A stretch of 63,226 bases of DNA, counting the filler, from Reclinomonas americana ATCC 50394 (taxonomy: Eukaryota): the NCBI GenBank assembly GCA_048213135.1. It is 3 parts of one record of this genome, joined end to end, with 100 filler letters (N's around TTAATTAATTAA, not from the genome) between each part and the next. Parts side by side here need not be neighbours in the genome. Positions count along the whole stretch, not along the records: positions 1 to 20,878 come from PS015060.1; positions 20,979 to 37,181 come from PS015060.1; 1 more part is not named here. The stretch is one strand, 5' to 3'. Below, piece after piece: positions 13,401 to 26,808 of the stretch. Below the pieces are notes generated by a model, which saw nothing but the letters and a program-made list of their open reading frames with translations, did no database searches and was not told the DNA's origin. Position 1 is the first letter of the stretch. Each line of letters starts with the position of its first letter. Made by a program: the position numbers and the translations under genes.

Positions 13401-13807
13401 CACGCAATGCCAGTGCTGGCGGTGGCGGTAGTAGCGGTGGTGGTGGTGGCTCTCTGATGCGCATCCGGAGGCCCGAGGCGCTGACTGCCTCCTCCACCTG
13501 GTCCACTCCATCGCCGCACCGCTTTGACGAATCACCGCGGCGACAGCACCCGAAGCCGAAGGCCAAGTCGACGCCGTTGACCACCACCAACAACTCCAGC
13601 GTCGACGAGTCGCCGCCGTCCCCGCCAGTCGTGCCACCGTCTGCGCTGGTGCACAGCACCACGACGACGATGATTTCGCCGACGCCGACACGCCCGCTGC
13701 AGATGCGGCGAGCATCGCACTCGGAGCGGTTGTTCCGCTCACTCGGCGGCACTCGCCTGCCGCTGATGAGCAGCCCCTCCCCACCGCGCACTCGCGTGTG
13801 GAAATGA
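10463..13807 (+). CDS. CAP-Gly domain protein with Ser/Pro-rich low-complexity regions (multi-exon)
   Basis: CAP-Gly signature VGTRVAL..GTVVFVGETKFATGVWVGVVLD..GLHDGTVEGQRYFKCEPKHGIF at about 12630-12815. Upstream exons from ATG 10463 join in phase 0. The second-exon acceptor is uncertain. Confidence 0.8.
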
Positions 13808-14486
13808 GGAGGCCACCACCGCCAATGAGAAATGTAGACCAGCAGTGATGAATAGAGGTGTGACGACAGATGACGACAAGGGAGTGCACCAACAACAAGA
13901 ATCCTTTCACCAACATGGATGACAAAGTCCAACCGTATCCAAAACATCAACACGAACACGGCAGCGGTAGGGTTTTCTTGTGTGCACGTCTCCAAGTCAG
14001 CTGATTTCGTTAACAGCAACACCAACAAAAAACAGGCTCTCGTCAGCATCCAACAGTAATTCTTCAGGATTGGACGTGGTGGGGAATGAGGTCGCTGCTG
14101 CTGCAGGTGATAGTCGCCCAGACACGCACAACGACCAGCACATTGAGGGTGAATGAGCGCTGCTGCTGTTTGTCGTCTGTTCAAATGAATGTAACACGCA
14201 CGGCACGAGTGTGCATGAGCGCTGCTGCTGTTGGTGGTCGCACAACGGGCAGCACATCGTCAATGAACCCGCCAAGGTTTGGCGTCAAGAAAAACAGGGG
14301 GAGAGAACGCGCGAGGTAGATACTTGCTCGAAGCTCCGGGAACTAGCACAAGGAAGCACCCACAGCTCTTGACAGTACGGGTCCACGAGGTTGGCTAGAA
14401 GAAGAGTCCTGATATACGCAGAAATACAATGCTCGTCTCACTCTTGTCTCACTTCTCCAACTCTGTCTGGGAGAGGCAAAAAATAA

Positions 14487-15715
14487 TCACTCGTCACCAT
14501 AGTCGGCCTTGTCGTGCAACACAGGCTTTCCGTGCTGCTCCACGGGAAGCCAGTACTCGTGCTTCGGGTGGTTGATGCGCACCCAGCCCGGGTGCTCGGT
14601 GGAGTGCCAGCCCTGGAAGGAGGAGAAGAGGGAAAGAGAGAGGGAGTGAGGGGAAGGGGGAGAAGGAGGAGAAGTGGGAGAAAGAGAAGGAGAAGAGAGG
14701 AGGACGAAAAAGGCGAAGAACAAGAAGAAGAAGGAGGAGAAGGAGGAGGAGAAGAGCGAGAAGGAGGAGGAGGAGGGCACGTGACAGAGGCAAACAGAGA
14801 GGAAGCAGAAGGCGAAGGAGAAGAAGAAGGATGGGAACGAAAGAGGAGGAGGAGAAAGAGGAGAAGTACACGGAGAAGGAGGAGGAGGAGGGAACGCGAT
14901 GAGGACGAAGAAGAAGAAGAGAAGGAGTGTGAGGACGAGGATGACGGGGTGGAGATGAGGAAGAAGGAGAAGGGAGGAGAAGAAGAATGAGAACAAAGAG
15001 GAGGAGGAGGANNNNNNNNNNNNNNNNNNNNGAGGAGGAGGAGGAGGAGGAGGAGGAGGAGGAGGAGGGCACGCGATGTGGACGAAGAGAATAGAGTAGG
15101 AGCGCGAGGACGAGGATGCGGAGGTGGAGAGGAGGAAGAAGAAGAGGGGAGGAGAATGCAAGAAGAAGAATGAGCAGGAGGAGAAGCAGAAGAAGTAAGA
15201 GAGGGAGAGGAAGAAGAGTGAGCGAGTGGAGAAGGAGAAGCATACAGGAAAGAGAGAAGAAGAAGGGCACGAAGAGAGACAAAGAGAGGACGACGAAGGA
15301 GAAGGAGGAGAGGAGAAGAAGGAAGAGAGGGAAGGAGGAGGAGGATGAGAAGGGCACGTGCGAGACACAGAGGGGACGATGAAGGAGAAAAAAGGAGAGG
15401 AGGAGGAAGAAGCAGAAGAGTAAGTACGTGAGTGAGTGACGAGGGGTGCGCGAAAGAAAGAAGAGACAAGACGAGAGATGTTTGAGGATTGATGAGACAC
15501 TCACAGTCAACGTGGTCCCATTGCGCGGCCAGTCATTAGCAGAGGCAGTGGCACTCATCTCCGGCGCTGTTCTACTCAACGGAGACAAAACAACAAGAGC
15601 ATGAGAGAGAGAGAGGGAGAGGGAGATTACAAAAGAGATGCGCGCACCTCCAGAACATGCCAGTGCAGCCATTGGAGCTGGCATCCAGCAGGAACGTGTG
15701 CAACTCTCCCTCCAT
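14487..15715 (-). CDS. Small uncharacterised protein of about 86 aa with a GxFWR...DWPRNG motif (3 exons)
   Basis: GT-AG joins give MEGELHTFLLDASSNGCTGMFWRTAPEMSATASANDWPRNGTTLTGWHSTEHPGWVRINHPKHEYWLPVEQHGKPVLHDKADYGDE-TGA. The start is uncertain because a gap lies just upstream. Confidence 0.7.
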
Positions 15716-16373
15716 GCAACAGAGACGAAAGGGTGGGGGGGGNNNNNNNNNNNNNNNNNNNNNNNNNNNNNNNNNNNNNNNNNNNNNNNNNNNNNNNNNN
15801 NNNNNNNNNNNNNNNNNNNNNNNNNNNNNNNNNNNNNNNNNNNNNNNNNNNNNNNNNNNNNNNNNNNNNNNNNNNNNNNNNNNNNNNNNNNNNNNNNNNN
15901 NNNNNNNNNNNNNNNNNNNNNNNNNNNNNNNNNNNNNNNNNNNNNNNNNNNNNNNNNNNNNNNNNNNNNNNNNNNNNNNNNNNNNNNNNNNNNNNNNNNN
16001 NNNNNNNNNNNNNNNNNNNNNNNNNNNNNNNNNNNNNNNNNNNNNNNNNNNNNNNNNNNNNNNNNNNNNNNNNNNNNNNNNNNNNNNNNNNNNNNNNNNN
16101 NNNNNNNNNNNNNNNNNNNNNNNNNNGCTCTCCCTCCCTCTCTGCCTCTCTCTCTCTCTCCCTCTCTCTCTTTCTGTCTTGTCATGGCAATGATCTTCCG
16201 AATCCGAACCCACCGCCCCTGGAAATCACAATGCACACGTTTCTCACTCTCTCATCGACATGCTCTTCTCATGAAGCACGCCAAGCACGAGAACTTCACT
16301 GCCGCGCGCTGTGCACTCTCTCTCTCTCTCTCTCTCTCTCTTGACTTCTCCCTCTCCGTCTCCTGCAACTCAC

Positions 16374-16598
16374 CGTCAGCACCGCCTGCGCCTGCGACAG
16401 TGTCACATCGGCATCAATGTACACTGGCAACGTCAGCTGCGGGCACGAGGGCTTCACCCCGCCCCACTCCTCGAATGTCGTCGACAGTTCGTGGATTTGG
16501 TCTTCGAGGCCGAGGTGCGCAATCAATGCGCGGACGCTGTCACCACGGCCGCGGAAGTGACCAAAGTAGCGGAAGGTGGCGGGCGGAGAGGCGGACAT
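16374..16598 (-). CDS. Glutathione S-transferase N-terminal (thioredoxin-like) domain exon; rest of gene not resolved
   Basis: MSASPPATFRYFGHFRGRGDSVRALIAHLG..EEWGGVKPSCPQLTLPVYIDADVTLSQAQAVLT matches the sigma/pi-type GST-N pattern and ends at a GTGAGT donor. Downstream sequence runs into an N gap. Confidence 0.7.
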
Positions 16599-17001
16599 GA
16601 TAGCAGAGAGAGTGAGAGCGCGCGTGAGGTCGTTTGTTCGAGTTTTGATTATGGAATTTTTCCGCACAATCCCGCCAATCATCAGCGTTTTTATGTAAAC
16701 ACACGTGAGCACACGACGACTGCAATACGACTTGATCCAGATCAATGGGGGCTTTGCACTGGTGTATGTTAGAGAGGAGAGGAGCGAACACAGAGTCAAC
16801 AACAACAGGAGGAAACCCTGACGATTGTGTTCTCTCGTTTCGGTTCGCTTCTGTTGGCTTCCTCCCTTCGGAGAGCAAGCCAGCTGGTCGGTACTCTACC
16901 ATGCTGATCAAACTCGGGGCTCTCTGAAGTAGTAGACGAAGGGTGCTGCATGCCAAGGCTGCGTGACCGTTTTTCCGCAATGTCTCAGATTCTGTGGTCA
17001 C

Positions 17002-17611
17002 CAAAACACTTCATTCACCACATTCCAGATATGCGATAAACGCCCACAAATCCCTTGCCGACAATGTCCTTGGCACACCAACAATATATATCTCAAGATG
17101 GCGATCTTAAAGGGACCCTTGTACCTATTTTCGTTGGTGTAATTTGTAGTCGTCCCTTGCCTCGGCCATCAAGGCGCCGCGGCAGCTGCTCGCGTTAGAA
17201 GNNNNNNNNNNNNNNNNNNNNNNNNNNNNNNNNNNNNNNNNNNNNNNNNNNNNNNNNNNNNNNNNNNNNNNNNNNNNNNNNNNNNNNNNNNNNNNNNNNN
17301 NNNNNNNNNNNNNNNNNNNNNNNNNNNNNNNNNNNNNNNNNNNNNNNNNNNNNNNNNNNNNNNNNNNNNNNNNNNNNNNNNNNNNNNNNNNNNNNNNNNN
17401 NNNNNNNNNNNNNNNNNNNNNNNNNNNNNNNNNNNNNNNNNNNNNNNNNNNNNNNNNNNNNNNNNNNNNNNNNNNNNNNNNNNNNNNNNNNNNNNNNNNN
17501 NNNNNNNNNNNNNNNNNNNNNNNNNNNNNNNNNNNNNNNNNNNNNNNNNNNNNNNAAAGGATTTGTGGACATTTGTCGCATTATTGGAATGTGGTGAATG
17601 AAGTGTTTTGT
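17002..17611. repeat. Imperfect inverted repeat pair of about 55 bp flanking a gap
   Basis: 17002-17056 CAAAACACTTCATTCACCACATTCCAGATATGCGATAAACGCCCACAAATCC is close to the reverse complement of 17556-17611. Confidence 0.7.
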
Positions 17612-17682
17612 TGTTTCACCAGGCCACAAGTCATTTCCACAACCCACCGAATCGATGTGCTTGATTGTGTAAACTCGTTGGC

Positions 17683-18078
17683 ATGTCAGACGAACACGGC
17701 GATCTCGCGACGCTGCTGGCCGCGGTGGAGGAAACCCTGCGGGAGGCTGGCAGACTCGACGAGGAGGTGATTCATGGCATCGCCGTCATGCACGGAAACC
17801 TCGACTTGTTCCGGCACTCTGTGCGAAGCCTCCACGATGGGATCGAAGCATGCAGAGGAACCATCCACATGTCGCACACAGTCAAGAACGTCGCTGGTGA
17901 GCTGTCGGTGTTGGTGCTCCTATCCAATCCCTCTGCCTCACACTGCTTCTATGTGAAAGACGCACTGCGCCACGCGTGCATCGCCACCACCGAGAATCCG
18001 GAGCTGCTTCCGTTCATGCGTAAATGCTATGAACACAGGCAGCTGCAGAGACAGTCGAAAGCAGGGTCGACAGCGTGA
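17683..18078 (+). CDS. Hypothetical helical protein
   Basis: Coding-like ORF MSDEHGDLATLLAAVEETLREAGRLDEEVIHG... with no recognised domain. It may contain one in-frame intron. Confidence 0.4.
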   Translation: MSDEHGDLATLLAAVEETLREAGRLDEEVIHGIAVMHGNLDLFRHSVRSLHDGIEACRGTIHMSHTVKNVAGELSVLVLLSNPSASHCFYVKDALRHACIATTENPELLPFMRKCYEHRQLQRQSKAGSTA

Positions 18079-18222
18079 CTTGCCAATCAAAGCAAAACTA
18101 GACGTGCACGCACTGCGGGCTCTCCTTCTCATGAATAGGCAATGCGGGCTTTCAATCATGCACTGACTGACGGACCACGGGGGGATTTTGCAGGGAAACA
18201 AGCACACAAAAAACAAAGGCAC

Positions 18223-21478
<3,256 letters not shown>

Positions 21479-21593
21479 GATTGATTGTTGTAGGAGAGGA
21501 GTGTGTGTGAGGGGTGAGAGAAAGGCTCACGCGCGGTGAAGAAAAAGTGTGAATGAAATTTCTCCGTATTATCAAGATCTTCAGCTTGTCTTA

Positions 21594-24500
21594 ATGAGCA
21601 TCCCTGGTGCGTCTCTTCTCTCTTTCTCTCTCTCATATACACACCCCTGTACACACTTGCACACACTCTTGCACACACTCTTGCACGCACTTGCACACTC
21701 CTGCACACACTTGCACACACTCTTGCACACACTCTTGCACACTCTTGCACACACTTGCACACACTTGCACACACTCGCACACTCCCCCTCACTCACTCCC
21801 TCTCTCTCTCTCCCCCCACGCAGGCAATCCTTTCCCCGAGCTCGGCCCTTCTGGGTTTGGGTGAGTGCTTGTGCATCGTTCTTCCTGTGCGCGCATTGGT
21901 TCTCACTTAGTGCGCCACAGCATGCGGAGCACTGCGGAGGACGTGTCGGCGGGTGTTGATTTGGTGAGCACTCTCTTCATCTCTCCCTCTCTTCCTTTCC
22001 CACTCTCCTCTTTCTGCAATCCCCCCGTGCACTCTTTCCCTCAAGTAGTCGCATACGGCCACATGACGCGGAAAACACCACATCCCGTCCGATCTGTGAA
22101 GTTAAGCCGCGTTCAGCTGGGTCAGTACTAGGGTGGGGGACCACTTGGGAAGCCCCAGTGCTTGTATGCTTTTGCCACTTTTTTGGATCGAGAAGGGGAA
22201 GGAGAAGGGGAAGGGCAGAGCATTCACTCCTCCATCACTTACACATCGAGGCCTTCGCTTCTTCCTTCCTCTCTCCCTGTCATTCTTATTCTTCTTGGCA
22301 ACCATGCGCTGTTCTCTCGCTCTCTCTCTCTCACTCTACTACAGCCAAGAATTCACTGCACATCACAACCACTCACAGCAAGGCACCTCCATGCCTTCTC
22401 CTTTTCCCTCTGCCACTCAGCTTCCTTTTTGTCTCCGCTGCGTCTGCTTCTCCTCTCAGTGAATGCACCTCTGTGCGATTGCTTTCCTTTTTCTTTCCCC
22501 CCTGCCATCCAGCACTGGCCTTCTCCCTTTTGTCCCCCTCTCCGTGAATGCTTTGCTTGCCTTCCTTCGCCTCGTTAAGCTAGGCACTAGTCGTCATCTT
22601 TGAGTCTTCGTCGTGCTTGTCCCCTCAGTGAATGCTTTGCTTCCTTCTTCTTGCCCCCCTGCCATCCAGCACTGGTCTTTTGTCTTTTTTCTCCGTGCAC
22701 CTCTGTGCGATTACTTTCCTTTTTCTTTCCCCCCTGCCATCCAGCGCTGGTCTTCTTCCTTTTGTCACCGTGGTGCTTCTCCTCTCTATGAATACTTTGC
22801 TTTCCTTCCTTCTCCTCGGCAAGCACTGGTCTTCTTCCTTTCTGTCTCCGTGTCCTTTCTTCTCCCTCACCACCACCCACAGCACGGTAAAGTGGCCATT
22901 GTAACCGGTTGTGCCTCGGGCATTGGCGAAGGTTTCATTCCCTTCTTGCGTCTTCAACACCGACATGTCAACTCACTTTTACTCTCCTCGCAGAGACCGC
23001 CCGCGTGCTTGCCCTGCGCGGCGTCACCCTGATCATGGCAGTGCGCAGCGTCGAGCGCGGCCAGCCTGCACTGGATCGCATCGTAGCCAGCACCGGAAAC
23101 GACAAGGTCCCCCCCTCCCTTAGCTCCTCCGTTCCCCCTCTCCCTCCACTCACCCTCTTTCCTCCCTCAGGTCTCCATCATTCCGCTCAACCTCGAGTCA
23201 CTGGCCTCGGTGCGCGAATTCGTGGCCGAGTTCCGCTCCCGCTTCTCGACTCTCGACATTCTCGTCAACAACGCCGGCATCATGGCCATCCCACAAGAGA
23301 AGACGGTGGATGGCTTCGAGAAGCAATTCGGAGTGAACCACCTCGGCCACTTCTTGCTGACGGTGCTGCTGGCGCCGTTGCTGATCAGCACACCGCACAG
23401 TCGCGTGGTGGTACTGTCGTCGATCGCATACCGCCGCGGAGGACTGGATTTGAGCGACGTGAACTGGGAGACGCGTCCGTACCAGAAGTGGATGTGTGAG
23501 TGGGGGGGACAGAGCGATAGTAGAAAGGTTGTGGAATGCTCATTGTTGTGCTCAGCTTACGCCGCCGCCAAAACTGCCAATATTCTCTTTGCCGTCGAGG
23601 CTGCCCGCCTGCTCCAACCGCATGGAGTGCTGGTCAACTCGTGCCACCCGGGAGGCATCATGACCGAACTGCAGCGCAGGTGGGAAACCTGCTTGCTTCT
23701 CACGTATATACCATCACGTCCCTCACCACCATGCTGCAGTCTGCCGCGCGAGGAGATGGAGGCCATGGGTTGGATCGACAAGGTGACTGGCGAGTTGCAT
23801 TCCGCCTTTAAGACGGTGGCGGAGGGCGCGTCGACCTCGGTGTGGCTGGCCTGCAATCCGAATGTGCAGTTCTCCGGCGAATACTGCGAGGATACGAACA
23901 GTTGCGTGGAGAGGAAACAGGGGAAGGAGAAGAAGAGGAGAAGGGTGAGGGGACATGAGGAGCAGTAGCGGAAGAGACAGAGACCTACGTGAGAGTTGAC
24001 GGACAGTTAGAACGGAGGAGAGAACAGAGGCAGTGTCGACGAGAACGAGCTGTTGATGTCAAGCGCCTGAGTGGAAGCGGTGTAGTGTTGGGCAGCTGGC
24101 AGGCTGGGAGAGAGAAGAGGCAGTGTCAATGAAAGATAGATATTCTTCGTGTCGAGCTCTGCATCCTCTCCCTGGTTGTTTGTTGTTCATCTCCTCTTTA
24201 TTCTTCTCCCTCTCCGCCTCTTTCTTCTTCTTCTTCGTCTTCTTTTTCTTCTCACGGGACACAGTCAGCAGTATATTGTCATATCTCGTTTGACTGGGCA
24301 TCTACCTTGCGTAAGACTCGTGAGTCATGATTACTCTTTCATTGCGTGCCCCATGCAACAATCTTGCTTTCCGTTGTTCACCAAGCGCCTGAGTGAGAGC
24401 ACGGTGAAAGCTGTCGGTGATTTTTTGCATTCCATATTCTCTTTCCCCACTTTCTCTAATTTCATAACAACTTCTTCGGTGCGTCTCCAACAGTCTCGCT

Positions 24501-25982
24501 CCCCACCCACGAGCAGGCGCTGGACAAGGAACTCGCCAAGCAGCTGTGGATCCTCAGTGAGGAGCTGGTCGGCGCCAAGTTGGAGTTGCGTCTGCATTGT
24601 CTTCCCTCTCCCTCTCTCTCCCTCTCTCGTCGACGCTCATTTGCATTCCCGTCACTGCCAGCCTCCCGCTCGTCGGTTCGCGCTACTCCTTCACTCTGCT
24701 CCTCCCTGTCGACCTCCATTGACTCACTCCTGTTTTGTATGCCGTCCCACAGCACAATGGTCATCTGTGGCCTTCCCGCAGGGCGTTCCGTGGCGCCAAG
24801 TGAAGGTGGTCACCACCGCAGAGGGCGATGCACACCACCCGGTGCACATTGCGGTGAATGTGCTGGACCCGATCGACTCGACAGCAGGCGACCCCTTGGT
24901 GTTCCTGCACGGCATCTCCTCCAACTCGCACTCGTTCAACCACATTGCGCGGCACTTGCGGACGCGGAGTTGTGTACCAACAATCCATGCCTAGTCTCTC
25001 GCTCTCTCCCTCTCCCTCTCCCTCACTCACACGCCTCCCTCTCTGTCCACGCAGGAGGCCTGATTGCCATTGACATTCGCGGTCGCGCCGACTCGTCAAA
25101 ACCTGCCGACGCCACGGCCTACGGCCTCAACACCCACGTTGCCGATCTGCAGCGCGTGTTTGAGCATTTCGGTATCAACAACACCGTGCTGGTCGGCCAC
25201 TCATACGGTGGCTTTTTGGCGCTCGCGGCGTGCGGTCGCAACGAGTACATTTCGTCGCGCGTCGCTGGCATTGCGCTGATGGATTCGGGTGTGCCCGCCG
25301 AGGCCATTCCCATGCTGGAGCCGGATGTGGCGGCCGGCCTGGCCAAGGCGTTTGCTCGGCTGGACATGACGTTTGAGTCGCTGGCCGCGTACCTGCTATA
25401 CTGGCGTCCCGACGGCGCGTGGACTCCCGAGTCCATCAGCCCCGAGTCGCGCGAGTACTACTCGTACGACCTGGAGGCGGTCGAAGGTGGTGGTTTCAAG
25501 CCCAAGACCTCGTCGCTGGCGGTGGTGGGCGACAGTCGCGATCTGCAGCAGAACGGCCTGAAAGTGGAGCACTTCAAACTCGGTAAGTGCGAAAGGCTCG
25601 CAGGGGAGAAGAGAACGACGCTCATTCGTGCGTGCAGTGAAACAGCCGGCGCTGGTGGTGCGATGCGGAGAGGGCTTTGCGCCAGGTGCGTCGCCCTTTA
25701 TCAGCGACGAGCGAGCGGCCTTGCAGCGCGAGTGCATGCACGTTGTCGAGTTGCGTCAAGTGCGTTGTGCGCAGGTGATGATGAGCAAGTGTGTCTGACG
25801 ACGCGATTGTGCGACTCGTTTCAGTGATGTGGTGCTTCCGGCGGCGACGCACTACACGGTGCTCACCGACTATGCGGCGGAGGTGAGGAGAGAAAGAGAA
25901 ATATCGCAGACATTGTTTGCTGACTGTCATGATGTGCAAGGCGGCCGACGCACTCTCCAAGTTCATCAACAGTGTGCTGTAA
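21594..25982 (+). CDS. Short-chain dehydrogenase/reductase (retinol dehydrogenase/TIC32/WWOX-like), probably fused to a C-terminal alpha/beta-hydrolase
   Basis: SDR part: MSIPGNPFPELGPSGFGMRSTAEDVSAGVDLHGKVAIVTGCASGIG, NNAG, FGVNHLGHF, YAAAK. Linker exon 24662-24675 gives KLDLPLVAQWSS. Hydrolase part: LVFLHG, IDIRGR, GHSYGG nucleophile elbow, THY histidine. TAA at 25980-25982. Confidence 0.8.
22051..22170 (+). rRNA. rrn5: 5S ribosomal RNA gene inside SDR intron 21964-22882
   Basis: 120 nt GCATACGGCCAC...CATCCCGTCCGATCTGTGAAGTTAAGC...AGTACTAGGGTGGGGGACCACTTGGGAAGCCCCAGTGCTTGTATGCT. The ends are complementary (helix I), box A/C-like internal promoter sequences are present, and T-runs follow. 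Confidence 0.93.
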
Positions 25983-26072
25983 GCGGAGGGATGATAGAAG
26001 AGGGTTCTGTGCGACAAAAAAGTGAAGCCCATCGGAAATTTCCCTGTATTGTGTTTCATTTTTCCGACGACG

Positions 26073-26771
26073 ATGACGACGACAGCAGCAGCGGCAGCCG
26101 CGATTCCAGGTGAGTTTGACACAGGCGAGGTGCTGCGTGTGTCGTGACTCTCGGTGTTCCGTTTCACCTCTCTCTTCTTCATGCGTGTGTGTGTGTGTGT
26201 GCGTGTCTCTCTCTCTCCCCCTACACAGGCAATCCTTTCCCCGAGCTCGGCCCTTCTGGGTTTGGGTGAGTGATCTTGTGCATCGTTCTGCGTGTGTGCA
26301 TTGGTGCTCACTTGCCGCGCCACAGCATGCGGAGCACTGCGGAGGACGTGTCGGCGGGTGTTGATTTGGTGAGCATCTATCTTCATCTCTCTCTCTCTCT
26401 CTCCCTGTCCACTCTCCTCTTCCTGCAATCCCCCCGTGCACTCTTTCGCTCAAGTAGTCGCATACGGCCACATGACGCGGAAAACACCACATCCCGTCCG
26501 ATCTGTGAAGTTAAGCCGCGTTCAGCTGGGTCAGTACTAGGGTGGGGGACCACTTGGGAAGCCCCAGTGCTTGTATGCTTTTGCCACTTTTTTTGGATGG
26601 AGGAAAAGAGGGGAAGGAGAGGGGAAGGAGTGGGGAAGGAGAGGGGAAGGAGTGGGGAAGGAGAGGGGAAGGGCAGAGCATTCACACCTCCATCACCAAC
26701 ACGTCGAGGCCTTCGCTTTCTTCCTTCCTCTCTCCCTGTCATTCATATTCTTCTTGGCAAGCATGCGCTGT

Positions 26772-26808
<37 letters not shown>

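Noticed and set aside
21822-21963. Conserved short blocks upstream of each 5S gene, first considered spliced-leader or snRNA genes linked to 5S
   Set aside because: They are flanked by AG/GT and translate in frame as SDR N-terminal exons (GNPFPELGPSGFG, MRSTAEDVSAGVDL).
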